This document shows, one piece after another, positions 1 to 13,460 of a DNA stretch of 64,000 bases (positions within the stretch are counted from its first letter, which is position 1; each line of letters opens with the position of its first letter). The notes below the pieces were generated by a model. It did not search any database. It was not told where the DNA came from and saw only the letters and a program-made list of their open reading frames with translations. The stretch is taken from positions 29,934,388 through 29,998,387 of the forward strand of contig NC_092670.1 of NCBI RefSeq assembly GCF_964355755.1, given 5' to 3'. The position numbers were made by a program, and so were the translations under genes. This DNA comes from Antedon mediterranea. Taxonomy: Eukaryota > Animalia > Echinodermata.

Positions 1-677
1 ATGCATAGTGATACCGGACCGACAGACAAACAGACCGACAGACAGACAGACCGACAGACAGACGGACCGACCGACATAGTGAACTATACTGACCGAAATT
101 ACTGAACATGTTTAAAAATGTTGAAATGTTTAAAAACATTTATATTTTTTTTAATTTACACGTGCGTAGCCTGTCACTTTTGACGTGCTCGTATAACGTA
201 ATTTCGAGTTGGAAAGTAAGTCAAGAAAACAGAAATCGGGCAAGAAGAGTGCGCAATAACATTTAACGCGCAGTGCGCGCGCAAAAATCTGCGCACTCAT
301 GGCAATTTTGTAAACGCTTAAAATTGCCTGAAACGTACTCTTATTTCATCGAAAATAAATTTTGAAAATTTTAAGCGCGCTTACGCATGCGTTACATGCG
401 CTACGCACGTAATTGTATTGCCATATGATGATTTATGCCCTGAAATTTATGAGTACCAAATTTTATTTAATTGTGATTCATGGTTGTTAAGATATGATTA
501 CAAACGTGATTTCGTTAAATCGTGCGTAGACCGCGTAATTTTTTATTGCGCACCGTGAAAACATAACCACATCGATTCCTGGCCATAAGGAATATTCTGT
601 GAAAAATTGACTTAGCTAGATTAAACTGATATCAAGATAAGGTCATAAAGCGATAAAACGCATAGTGATACCGGACC

Positions 678-708
<31 letters not shown>

Positions 709-808
709 CGACAGACAGACAGACCGACAGACAGACCGACAGACAGACAAACAGACAGACCGACCGAACGACATAGTGAACTATAGAGTCGCTTCCACGC
801 GACTAAAA
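1..808 (-). mobile_element. HINE/DINE-1-like non-autonomous Helentron-type element (cut by window start)
   Basis: Reverse complement of the copies at 52841-53557 and 62123-62977. Has (CAGA/CCGA)n tracts and the terminal AGTCGC...CACGCGACTAAAA hairpin/subTIR. Confidence 0.75.
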
Positions 809-859
809 CTATAACAGTTAATTCGCAACGTTCTATAGAGGGCAGCGTTTGAGACAAGA

Positions 860-1590
860 ATTGTTGAGTTTCTCGACGTTTCGATCAATATGATTTGATC
901 GTCCTCAGGAGTAAGAATGCAGAAAGTTCAGGAAATTTGGAATATAAGTGGAAAAGGGTGGGACTGGTGTGAAAGCCAGAAACAATAGCAAGTTCACAGA
1001 GTGGGATGTATTGAAACTAGCTATAGAAGAGCATTGTTTCTCATGAACAATAGTGAATGGAAACTAGCTATAGCAGAGCATTGTTTCTGATAGGTTCTAA
1101 AAGCAAAGTGATACATGCTAAAAAGAATAGCATTGTCTCCAAGCTGGGTGTGGACTGGCCAAATATAGACCATGTGTCTAGACAGGATTGTGAAATGTAC
1201 ACTGGCCAGAAACTATGGCATTGTTTACTGTCGATGAAGATTCTTTTTGAATAAAGATAGCCAAATGTCACTGATCACATATCTTGATAAACAGTGTTGT
1301 GTTGTGTTTAGATGTCAATAGGTTCCCTGGTTCGTCTGGAATGCCAACAAGGAACGGAAGCAATTAGTTCAGCATCTTTCCAATTAACTCGGTGTTGTTG
1401 TTTGTGAGAATTTATAATTATTGATGATTTGTCTTGCTCTTCTGTCATGGCCTTGATATTCTTTGAGCCTGGTTTGAAGGTCACGTCCAGTTTCCACAAT
1501 GCATACCTTTCCACATTCACATGGTATACAGTACACACTGGCTGTGTTTAGATGGGTTGTCCTTGTGTGTTTGAAGACACTGTGACAATT
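860..1590 (-). mobile_element. Degenerate Penelope-like retroelement fragment (GIY-YIG C-terminus and 3' end)
   Basis: Minus-strand ORF 1308-1538 ends HKQQHRVNWKDAELIASVPCWHSRRTREPIDI, resembling the H..H.I.W...R..RE.I.I tail of PLE GIY-YIG. The minus strand near 875-910 reads CTGAGGA...CGAAACGTCG, typical of PLE termini/hammerhead-like motifs. Confidence 0.5.
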
Positions 1591-1607
1591 GTTTTTCTAA
1601 CCTGCAG

Positions 1608-4600
1608 ATTCCTCTATGGTAATAACATTTCCAACATTACGTATAAAACATTGGAAACCAAAGACACAACATTGGAATACATGTGAGATTTTTGTTCTTT
1701 GATACTTTTTTAGCCTAGATAATATAAATACTCGATGATACGTACTTTCAATTTCATTTTAATCACAGTTTAATGATTCAAAGCAAGAAATTAAAATAAC
1801 GAATACAGTTAATATTTTCCCCCAGATATCTATTTGACAATCCAATAAAAGAGATCGGAGAAAATGCTCTATCACATATGAAAGAAAATGGAACAGTGTA
1901 TGTACATTCGTATATTATTATATTTAGTTTTTAAGTCATAACAATTTACAAAAGATAATGATAATTTCAATATCACCACAATTGAACCGTCATCATCATC
2001 CTCGGTATATTTATCAATTTTATTATCATCAATGATCGTCGCAACATTCTCATCAGCATCACCATTACACCATTACAATGTGTTAACAACGTGTTAACTA
2101 TGCATTAATCATGTTATTTTTATTTAGATATCTCAACTGTTGTGGACTGAAATCGATTCCTTCAAACATCGGGAAATTTATTAACATGTAAGTACACTTA
2201 AAATAAAAGATTTGATGTATTGATTTTATTTATATTTTTATGTTACCTTTATTTTTTTATATGTACAAGGTAAGGAGAAAGCTACTGATATCTGGCTATA
2301 TAATATAACAAATATCACCTTTTATATAAGATTTGAAAAAAATGATATTCTTCGCTTCGTGAAAAAGGTAGTCTTTCGAGAAAAATATGATTCCCTCGTG
2401 GATGTCAAATCTGATATTTCACCTCTAAGCAGGTAATATCTGTATAGTACTATACACACAGCCGATTCTGCTACTGTCAAGAGGTATCTATCTATAATAT
2501 ATGTACAGGATTTCTGCAAACAGCAACGTATATAACTTACTTTAGTTTTATAGATAGATACCTCTTGACAGTAGCAGAATCGGGTCCTACACAGAGTAGA
2601 TATAATTGAATCAATATAATTGCATGTTGGGTAGAATTACAAACTAATTGTTTTTTCCTAGTGTTTGTGTTACAGAAGGTACAGAAATCGAAATAAATGG
2701 AATTGAAGAGGAGTTGTTTCGTTATATTGGTAGAGAAATTGGTTTGACATGTAATTCCACGACGAGTAAATGCAGTCCGTGTAAGGAAGGGACATACAGT
2801 TTGTATGATAACACCAAATGTGGAAAATGCCCACCAGGTATGGTGCAATATTTATAAAATATAATAATCTCTCTAATTTAGTTATGGCAGTAAATAGTAA
2901 TAATTAATAGTAAAAGTATATAACAATAAAACAACTACAGGTACTTATAAATGAAAAAAAAATTACAGGTGGTTTCTATCAAGATAAACGAGGAGTAAAT
3001 GAAAAGGGTGGTTACAAAGAATCCTGTCAACGATGTCCTGTTGGAAGTTTTTCAAATAATGCAGGAGCTGCGTCTATTGCCGGTTGTCAGACTTGTCCAT
3101 CAGGAACCAAAACCAATAATATTGCCAATCTAAATGCATGTTATTGCCTTGACAATTTCCATCGAACTGATCGATTTGGGCCATGCATGCCCTGCTCGGA
3201 GGGTATTAACTGTGAAGGAGGATATCAAAATCTAACAAAAGGTTACTGGTGGTCGTGGAACTTTAATGGTGACTGTAAAGTAGGCAAAGAACAAAATAAA
3301 AACAATTGTTTATTGGCTTACACAACATTTGTAACTAAATTAAAAAACGACATGTTTCCTATTACCAACCCAAATCAACTGAAAGATGCTGTATACAAAG
3401 GTCCGTTACCAAAAGTATATGCTTGTCCACTAGGCAAAAAAAGTTGTAATATTGGACTAAAATTTAATGACACTTGTGTCGAAGGGTACACTGGTTGGCT
3501 TTGTGCTTCATGTGCAAATGGACATTATGAGCTCTTTAACGAATGTCACAAATGTAAAGGGACTGCTGTAACTGTAATTATATTTGTTGGTGTTGCCTTA
3601 GCAATAATTGGAATGATTTTACTTATATGGAGAATGCAGGAAAGAAATGCGGATCAAAGACAAACCAGCCTAGATTCATTTGTTACCTATTTAAAAATTT
3701 CTATTAATTTTTATCAGGTCTTAGGTATACTATCAGAAGTAACCGAAATTCATTGGCCTAAAAACTTTGAATATGCTGGCAAAATACTTCAATATTTTGA
3801 CGTCATTAGATATATTAGTATGTTAAGTCCAAGATGTTTACACGACTCTTGGAATGCGTATTCCTCCCTTCATATTGCCATGGCTACACCACTAGTCATA
3901 CTGTTAACTATGTCTACCATTTACTTCATTTGCTACATCTGGAATAAGTGTCATGGAGCGATAACTGAGAGTTGCATACGTGATAGATGTATTGTTATAT
4001 CCATGTTGCTCCTTTACCTTACATACGCAAATACATGTGCTGATATATTAGCAGTGGGGCCATGGTCAATTCGTGTATTTAACGTCACAGCAGACGGAAA
4101 GGTCAATAAAACAGTACTAACGTCAGACTACTCAATTGATATGGACCAACATGGTGGATCTACATATCAAACTAACAAAACACTTGTTTACGTTGCTTTA
4201 ATATACATCATTGGTTTTCCATTGGCCATAGTTTTTATGATATACTATAAAAATGTACGTTTTGATCAACATGAAGAAAATCAGAGGAAAGGGTGGATGA
4301 TTGGAGTAAGGTTCTTTTGTGGACAATACAAGCAAACATTTTGGTTTTGGGAATCTTTTGAGCTGTACAACAAGGCTCTGTTGGCACTCATTGCCAACTT
4401 AAAAGATGACGTGTCCTCAAGTTTGTCTTACTCTCTATTTTTTACTGTCATATTTATTGTATTGCATTTGTACCTTCAACCAATGAAAGAGAAGTCAGAG
4501 CAGAGATTCCAATTGTTGACTCTTGTCTTTATCGTTGTCAATCTATCTATTGGGGCGATCGTAAACTTGGATCAGAATTTTAATGAAGATGACGTAATTG

Positions 4601-4928
4601 ATTTACTTCACAAGATAACTCCCGTTATCCTAATTATGCTGAACGTGTCTATCATGCTGGTGGTAACAGGTAAGATATCAATTTTATAATTTTTAAATAC
4701 TGACTGTGTAAATATTGGCATATTAAACCACCATATTTTGTCAACAGCTTTATGAAAAATTGTAGTGTGTAATTAAATTTAAATTAATTTTTCTTATTCT
4801 TAGGTGATTTTTTAAAGAAACTCAATAATAACTGCTGTCGCCGAGAGAGTGGTAGGGGTGTATTGCTTCTTCAAATCGACGATGACCCGGACGAATCACA
4901 GTTTGAAGAAAATAATATTATAATTTAG
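1608..4928 (+). CDS. Paralog A (3' portion): LRR + cysteine-rich + ~9-TM membrane receptor-like protein
   Basis: GT-AG exons: 1608-1682 (FLYGNNISNITYKTLETKDTTLEY), 1826-1897 (YLFDNPIKEIGENALSHM), 2128-2187 (YLNCCGLKSIPSNIG), 2662-2837 (VCV...CSPCKEGTY...CGKCPPG), 2969-4669 (Cys-rich repeats + TM domain; contains ORF 3187-4689), 4804-4928 (acidic tail, TAG). Frame is continuous across junctions; 5' exons lie upstream of the window. Confidence 0.85.
2462..2583. mobile_element. Small MITE-like inverted repeat in an intron of A
   Basis: 36-bp perfect inverted repeat CCGATTCTGCTACTGTCAAGAGGTATCTATCTATAA (2462-2497 vs 2548-2583). Related fragments near 17271-17320 and 39680-39710. Confidence 0.65.
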
Positions 4929-6699
4929 CTTCATTAACATTATCGTATATATTTAAATAAATATAATGTATAACATAATGTATAGTATACTGTACGTTAA
5001 TCTATTCTATTTAAAACTAGATGATAACAGAAATAGAGAATATTTGTTTACATGTAAGTGTTACATTTGTTATAACTAACTAACATTTACATATTTAAGT
5101 TGAATAACATTTTCTTAGAATTATTCTAGAATGGAAAGTGTCTAGAACGCTTATATTACCATTGAAATTAATGTTATGAAATATAAAAATGTAGAATATC
5201 GATAAGTAATCACAGTTGAAATTAAAATGTTATTGTAAACAAGAATATCAATAAATGTAAAAATGAGAAAAACAAAAAAATGTTGATATAAATGGTAACA
5301 ATTATTATATACAATAATATAATGTTATTGGGTATGTGAACTATTCCGCCATGCCACACGGAGGATGTTGAAGAATTTGAACAATGCTATGGAAGCTCCA
5401 ACAGTTTATTGGTTAGGACGTGTGCGTAGCCAGCAGAATGTTGGGCGGCGGCTTTCTCCAATTCTCATATTATTTCCTCATCTTTATCGTTTAAAAATTA
5501 AATAATAATCTTTACAACAATTCCAAATTTGAATAATACCATGAAATCCTGCCTTGCATACAAGATTTTATTGAAATAATAATAATTATGATGACATTAA
5601 TGATTTTATTTTTAAATGAAATAATGTTTCAAATATATAAAAAATAGGTTTGTATTAGTAAGAGCTGTACTGTACTAATATACTGTTTGTTTAAAATATG
5701 CATACAGTTACTAGGGTACTAGGACTACATACAATTTTTATATAAATACTTTATCTAAAAATAATGTTGTTCTCTTACTCTTTGCCACCCATAAATGCAG
5801 GAAGAGCCACTTAAAAAAGTGTTTGCTTACGCTGTTGGTAATCCTGTCGGCCTTTGTGGAGAGGCGGAGAGGAATATCCTTCTATCTATTTTAGGTACTC
5901 TAATTATATATTTTTAAACACAATGGCAAAATAAATAAAATTAAAATTAAATGATTTGCCTTATTTTTTCAAATGAGTAGGTTTAAGTTTTAATTAAATA
6001 ATTTGCATATTTAAGTCTTTATTTTGTTACGTTTATAAAACCTTTTTTTTCAAGAGCATGCAGTAATGCAGCTGAAGGTTGTAGTCAAACCGAAACATCT
6101 TTCTATTAAAGCTTTCGTTACTTTAAAAACATGTGTTGCTTTTCTTGATTTCTGTGTAAATTTACGTGCCTTTAGTTCAGTTTAGTTCCAGTAATTTACC
6201 GTTATGTTTTCCAGGAAATATGTATATATTTACGTTCATTAAGAGCGAAAATAGCTGTTTTTCCACTAGACGAATAATTTATTCGCGCAAATCGAAAGCG
6301 TCAGCTTATACGCATGCGTATTTATGCTCCCATCTTCTAAATTCCTCTCTGCGACGAATTCTAGTTCATTAAGTCTCAGCTTCAGTGAGATTGGTAGTTC
6401 GAATTGTTTCTATTTTTTGCGGAGCTAAAAATTGCGCACCCAATCAAAGGTCAGGAAATGAGCTTTGTACACCCATACGAAGCGAAACGCTGAGTAGACA
6501 CGGGATGAACATGAAAATCACAACATTCGCTCTGTTAGTGGAAAGGAAAGCGCGATTTTATTCATGCGAAACGACGTTGGATTTGCGGGAACAAATTAGC
6601 CTAGTACTCTAGTAGCTAGATCAACTTTCGTATGCACTTTGAGGTCCAGAGAATTTGACTTCAGAAATTGGTTTAGGATGGTCAGACAATCATTATTGG

Positions 6700-7260
6700 C
6701 TTGGTTACACATTTTGAAAATGTGGCGAAAGGTCAAAAAGTCAGGGTGAAAGTTATCAAACTAAACACCAATAGGTCCTTAAATCTCGACAACCACTGGT
6801 CACAGCGGGGTAATTTTGATCTCAAATTGATCAGAAGGTATACATTTATATTTAGTCTAATGGGACATTTTAGTCAAAAATGACCGAAAATGCCATTTCT
6901 GACCTTTGACCCACACCCCAGGGCATGTATGTATCTCCGTAAATACTGATCGTAGACACTTGAATTTGGTCTTAAATTGTTTGAAATAAACATTTTGTTA
7001 TTTGTTGCACATTTTTAAAAATGTTACAAAAGGTCAAAGGGTCTGGGTCAAGGGTTATATGAACAAATATAAATAGCAAGTCAATTTTGGTCTCAAAATG
7101 TTCAGAAGGCATGCTTTCATATTTAATCTAATGGGACATTTTAGTCAAACATTATCAGAAATGCCATTTCTGACCTTTGACCCAAATATCATGGCATCTT
7201 CATATCTTTGTAAGTACTGGTCGTAGAAACTTAAATTTGGTATAAAATTGAACGAATTTA
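6700..7260. repeat. Diverged tandem duplication, ~270-bp period
   Basis: AAAGGTCAAA...TCTAATGGGACATTTTAGTCAAA...AAATGCCATTTCTGACCTTTGACCC occurs twice (near 6860-6912 and 7126-7183). Confidence 0.6.
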
Positions 7261-8310
7261 ACAAAATAAAAATTGTTGTTGTTGTTTCAAATCTTAACTC
7301 AATAGGCCTACACGCATTTATTAGTTAATCAGCTGTTTCATCTTGTTTAAAAAAGTTAATTTAATTGTGTCACTAGTAAGAATAGAACACAATCTTATTC
7401 TCAATTATGTTTACACAACACATATTTAAAAGGGGCTTGGGTTGTTGTGTGCAAAGATACTGTGTGTATGGCTTATGTCTTCATCACTAAAAACAAATTA
7501 AACAATTATGACACATCTTACCGAAATGGATTGTTCGGGACCTCAGCATCATCATGGTTGATAACGAAATTGTAAACAAAATAGGGTGGCTGGCTCTGAA
7601 AAGAGCCAGGGTATGTTGTGTACAAAAATAGGTCTGATTTACATACACCGCAGACAACTAGTAAACATTGATGTCGGACTTCAGCTCCGCAGTGGTGTGT
7701 GATTTCGATGATCGTTTCCACAAATTCCTTTTTTAAAATCACATGCGAATCGAAAAGGGGAAACAATTAGGGGCTAGGTGGGACAGCAGGACACAATATC
7801 AAAAAGCTTCCGGGTGTAAATAATTTCGTAAACTTGGTGTTATGCTTAATTACTTACTATTTCCAAAAAAATCGGTAATTAAAAATCTTATTTTCTAACA
7901 AATAGTATAAAAATGGTTTTATAATATTTATGACGAAATTGATTAAATTAATTCAAAGTGTAGTTATAAAAGTTGCAAATGTCGCGAAAGTTGAACGAGA
8001 TTCAACCACTCGCGCGGCGTCACGCTCAGGCACATATCGCCGTCTGACAATATTGAGGGCGCTTGACTTTTTCTATTTATTTTACATTGGTTGAAACAGC
8101 TGTGTGTTGTTTTAGGCTTGTGTAGGCTTGCCTGTGATAGTAGAAGTCGGTTTGGCTTGGATTTTAGGGGTCTAGTTATTGAGACCACGGCGCACGGTAG
8201 ATTTAATACTGTGTGGGCTTGGCAGGTAATTTATTACTGGTGCCTTAATTATCGTCATATTGGTTATTATTTTAACCTGTGTTTTTGTTTGTTTGTTTCA
8301 AAAAGAAACT

Positions 8311-11300
8311 ATGTCAGAAAGTGATTTTGACGAGGAATTTTTGGATAGCATGTCCATTGAGGTGGTAGCTCAGCTATCAGAGGAGCGTTTGCAACTCCTA
8401 GGTACTAGGGTTGGAGCATCTATAAATGATTCCATGAATAAATATGACTTGATAAATGTGATTGGAAGTCATGTTGGTTTAATTACTCATGAATCCGTAA
8501 AAAACTGCGGGGAATGAGGTCGAGTTGGCTAGAATCGAGTTGGAAGGTGAAAAATTAATTTTTGAAAGAAGAAAATAAGAGATTCTAGAGATGCAAACTC
8601 AAAGAGAGATGGAAAAAGAAAAACATGAATTTGAGTTAAGGAAATTAGAATTAGTTAACCAAATGGGTCTACACCTAATGATTCAGAGATTACTCAGAAT
8701 ATTAAATGGGTTCCCAAGTTTAATGAGGATGAGGTAGAGACGTATTTTTTAGCTTTTGAGAAAATTGCTAATAGATTAAAGTGGCCTGCTAGACACTGGA
8801 CTGTGTTGTTACAAACTGCTCTTGTGGGTAAAGCCCAAGAGGTATTTTCTGCATTGGCTGAAGATCAATGTGAGAACTATGATGCGGTCAAAACTGCTGT
8901 TTTGTCAGCTTATGAGTTAGTTCCAGAGGCGTATCGTCAGAAATTTAGGAACTTAGGTAAACCTTATGATCAAACGTTTACAGAATTTGCACGTAAGAAG
9001 CAGATTCTTTTTGATAGATGGTGTAGTTCGGAAGGAGTAAAGGGTGAATTTGGAAAGCTTCGTGAGCTTATGTTAGTTGAGGAGTTTAAATCTTGTTTCC
9101 CTACTGAAGTTCGTACACATCTAGAGGAGCAGAAAGTGGATAATTTAATGAAAGCGGCTTCTGTTGCCGATAATTATGTGCTCACGCACAAGGTGATGAA
9201 TACCAAATCGGTTTCAAAATCTGTTGATGATTCTAAGGTCCAAAGTCAGAAAACTACAGTTAATAGTAGTAGTAAATTTGTCAGAACTTGTTTTGTTTTT
9301 ACTGCAAGAAAAAGGGTCATATAAAGGCAGATTGCTGGCTGTTTCAAAGCAAAGCTAAAGGGGATAATAAGAAACCCCAATCACTTCCAAACACGTTGGT
9401 TAATACAGTCCCGTTGAAAGTAACAGCGAGTCATGACGTTGATGAAAGTGAGAAGTTGATCCAATCTTCAGGTCCAGAAAAAGTGCGAAAGCTATTTAAG
9501 CATTTCCTCTCTACTGGTTCTGTAGCATTGATCAACGATGTGAATCTGAGTAAAGTTCGTGTCTTAAGAGACACAGGGGCATCACAATCCCTGATATTAG
9601 AATCTGCATTGTCATTTTCGGACGAGTCTTCTGCTGGAGCAAGTGTGCTCATCCAAGGTGTTGAATGGGGTTGAAAGGAAGTCCCACTTCATGTAATTCG
9701 GATTGAAACAGATATTGTAAGCGGAGATTTTGTTGTTGGTGTTGTTCCGAGTCTTCCAGTATGGGGTGTCACACTCCTTTTGGGGAATGATTTGGCCGGA
9801 GAAAGAGTGACAGTAGAACCGGTTGTGTGCAAGAGTCCTGTTGAAGACGAAAGCACGGTGTATTTAGAGAAAGAATTATCACATGTGTTTCCATCATGTG
9901 CGGTGACGCGATCTATGGCAAATAAAACCATAGATGAGGATGAGAGTATTGACTTATGTGATAGGTTTTACGGAGAAATTACAGATCGCGTTTCCCAAGA
10001 GGCTGTCTGCTCAGGTCCCGAGTCACACACTGCCCAGGCTGAACAACAGCACCCAAAAGTGTGTGATTTCGGTCCGACAGTTCTCAATCGGTCCAGGTTA
10101 GTGGAAGAGCAGAGTAAAGATCCTGATTTGGTGTCATTTGGTCAGCAAGCTCTTTCTGTAGAGGAAATGTCTATTGTTCCTGTTTGTTATTTTATAAAGG
10201 ATGGCATAGGTAAGTGGAGGCCACCAGATATTCCAAGTAGTGAAGTTTGGAATGAGATTCACCAGATAGTTATTACTAGGGGATACCGTCAGGATATTAT
10301 TGGTATTGCGCATGATGATCCTCTTTCAGGTAATTTAGGTGTCAATAAAACGGTAGACAAAATTCTCAGGCATTTCTTTTGGCCAGGTCTTAGAAAAGAT
10401 GGGTCTAACTATTGTAAATCCTGTCATGCGTGTCAGGTAGTGGGGAAGCCTAATCAAAAGGTTCCAGTAGCCCCACTTAAGCCTATTCCTACATTCGGTG
10501 AACCATTTTCAAGAGTTATTGTTGATTGTGTGGGACCATTACCACGTACTAAAAATGGAAATGAGTATCTATTAACAATAATGTGTGCATCAAGTAGGTT
10601 TCCAGAAGCGATTCCTCTTAGGCGTATTACAGCTAAGAATGTTGTTAAAGCATTGGTAAAATTTTTTACATGGGTAGGATTGCCTAAAACTGTTCAGTCC
10701 GATCAAGAATCAAACTTCATGTCAAAGATATTTAAACAAGTTTTAGAGCAGTTAGGTGTTGTCCATATAAGTTCAAGTGCTTACCATCCACAGTCTCAAG
10801 GGGCACTTGAGAGATTTCATCAGACACTTAAGAATATGATTAAAACCTATTGTTTTCAATGTGAAAAGGAATAGGATGAGGGAGTTCCCTTAATGTTATT
10901 TGCTGTTCGTGAAACAGTTCAAGAATCCTTAGGGTTTAGCCCATTTGAGTTGGTGTATGGTCATTCGGTCCGAGGCCCTCTTAAAATAGTCAAAGAAAGC
11001 CTGTTAGGGAATGCAGAAGAGTCTGTATCGATACTAGATTATGTGTTTGAATTTCGTGATCGATTAAATCGTGCTCGTGAGATGGCTAGAAAGAATCTTG
11101 TGAAGGCTCAGGGTAAAATGAAGAGATTGTTTGATAGGAAATCAGAAAATAGAAGCTTTAATTCAGGTGATGAAGTTTTAGTTATGTTGCCTCTTCCCAG
11201 TCAACCATTATCTGCAGGATTTGCTGGTCCTTACAAAGTATTAGAAAGAGTAGGAGAAGTTGACTATGTGTTAGATACTCCAGACAGGCGTAACAAGAAG

Positions 11301-12850
11301 CGACTGTGTCATATAAAAATGTTGAAACCATACACAGCGAGAAATAATAGTGATACCTGTACGTCAACACCAGTTACGTTTGTTGTTGAAGAGAATTCTG
11401 AAGAGTTTAGGGATCCTGATACATGTGTTAAGTTCAGTAATTCAGATGTCCTTGCAAACATTGAAGAGAAAGTTGGTCATTTATCTGGTGATCGTAAGGT
11501 TGAAATTGTTAGTTTGATATTTGGAAATCTGCAGTTGTTTTCGGATGTTCCAGGTCGAACGAACTTAGTGGAGCATGACGTTAAGACAGCTGATTGTTCA
11601 CCAATAAAACAAAATCCATATAGAGCAAATCCGTTCAAGATGAAGATATTACAAAATGAGATTGATTACATGATTAAGAATGATACCATCGAGCCTAGTT
11701 GCAGTGCTTGGAGTTCTCCATGTATATTAGTTCCGAAGCCAGATAAATCGTATCGTTTTTGTACTGATTATCGGAAGGTTGATGCCAAATCTACTACAGA
11801 TTCATATCCCATACCGAGGATAGATGACTGTATTGATCGTGTGGGTAGTGCTAAGTTTGTCAGTAAATTTTATCTTTTAAAGGGTTACTGGCAAATTCCT
11901 TTAACCGAGCGAAAGAAGTGTCAGCTTTTGTAACTCCCATGGGTCTTTATCAGTATAAAGTCATGCCTTTCGGTTTAAAGAATGCACCAGTCCCGTTCCA
12001 GAGATTGGTTAATGGTATAATTTCAGGGTTGGAGGGCTGTGAAGCTTATATAGATGATTTGGTTGTTTATAGTGATACATGGGATGTTCATGTGCAGAGA
12101 ATTAAGGCAATGTTTGACAGGTTGGCAGCTGCAAAGTTGACAGTAAATTTGGTGAAAAGCGAGTTTTCCTGTGCAGAAATTGTGTTCTTAGGTCATAAAG
12201 TTGGTTGCGGAAAAGTGAAACCATTAAGTGCTAAGATTAAGGCAGTCTGTGATTTCCCAGTTCCAAGGAGTAAGCAGGAGATAATGCGGTTCCTGGGAAT
12301 GGCTGAGTTTTATCGACGTTTTTGCAGAAGTTTCTCAACGCTTGTAGCTCCATTAACGAATCTGCTGAAAAAGAATGCGAACTTTGTGTGGTTGGAGGAA
12401 TGCAATAATGCGTTCATTAAAATTAAAGCGATGTTATCAAATGAACCGGTGTTGATGGCTCCACAATTTGATAAATAGTTTTCGTTGATGATTGATGCCA
12501 GTGATGTTGGTTCTGGTGCTGTGTTGGCGCAAACAGACGAGAATGGTGTTGATAAGCCTGTGTGTTTCTACTCGAGAAAATTCAATCAGCATGAGAAACG
12601 TTATTCTACTGTTGAGAAAGAGACATTAGCTTTGATGTCAGCGTTAAAGCACTTTGAAGTGTATCTTGGATCTACTCCGTTTCCAATTGTAGTTTGGACT
12701 GACCACAACCCATTAACGTTCTTGGTAAGAATGAAGGACAAAAATCAACGCCTGTTGAGATGGAGTTTAGAAGTTCAAGAAATGAATCTGGAAATTCATC
12801 ATATCAGAGGAAAAGACAATGTTGTAGCTGACGCTTTGTCAAGAGTTTAG
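8311..12850 (+). mobile_element. Gmr1-like Ty3/Gypsy LTR retrotransposon, degenerate (gag-PR-INT-RT-RNaseH)
   Basis: Gag LVGKAQEVF...YDAVKTAVLSAYELVPEAYRQKFR; CCHC knuckle CFYCKKKGHIKADC; protease LRDTGA; integrase CKSCHAC + DCVGP/SDQESNF/ERFH (9780-10874); RT WSSP...YIDD (about 11550-12478); RNase H DASDVG...EKE...TDH (12485-12850). Multiple stops and frameshifts. Confidence 0.93.
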
Positions 12851-13100
12851 ATAAAACATGCATGAAATGATTTTAAAAGTTTTATTGATTTTAAAAGTGT
12901 TTATTTAATTATAATATGTTAGTTGTGATAGACTGATGCATTAATGGCATACACGGATTTAAAGTAATTAGAACTTGTGAAAATTTAAAGAAGCAGTTGA
13001 AGTAAATTCATATCAACGACCTGTTAAAATAACTACTGTATAAGAAAGGATTTAAAATGTTATAGTAAACAGTTATAAGTTTAATCATATCAAACTTTCT

Positions 13101-13460
13101 TTAAGTGGGGGTGTGTGATGAGTTTGTCACACGGAAGTGAGCCCTCTAGAGTAAAAGAGGGGGAGATGAATAAAGATGGACGACAACTACAACGTGTTTT
13201 GTTCTTATTGTTGGTTTCAGCCTAACGAGCGAGCCCGTAACAGTAGTTGTACTAAGATGACATCGGGTATGAAGCGTCTCACATACACACAGAGCCAAAA
13301 TTGGATCTTGGACTTGCACAGTGTATGGACTCTAACCTTACGGTTTTCATTAAATATACCATTTCATGCTATCATTCTAAATAACTAATTTTCTACCTAT
13401 TGCATTCCTCTTTTTTCATTCCATCCATCTTATCTTGGTGAAAAGGGAGGATACTACATT
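13101..13460 (+). repeat. Putative polypurine tract and 3' LTR of the Gypsy element
   Basis: TTAAGTGGGGGTG(TG) followed by TGTGATG... about 250 bp after the pol stop; ATTAAA inside. The right end is uncertain and no matching 5' LTR was seen. Confidence 0.4.

Noticed and set aside
621-857. SVCL/DRQT-repeat ORFs (also 53374-53619, 62060-62272, 62764-63038)
   Set aside because: Translations of (GTCY)n microsatellites inside HINE-like elements.
3187-4689. Calling the 500-aa and 553-aa ORFs standalone 7TM GPCRs or LGR/GRL101 orthologs
   Set aside because: They are internal parts of large exons of multi-exon genes, show about 9 hydrophobic segments and lack rhodopsin motifs.
4930-8300. Missing 5' exons of paralog B or a 5' LTR of the Gypsy element
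   Set aside because: No CECTARTVNC-like exon and no match to the 13114-13460 sequence was found by eye.
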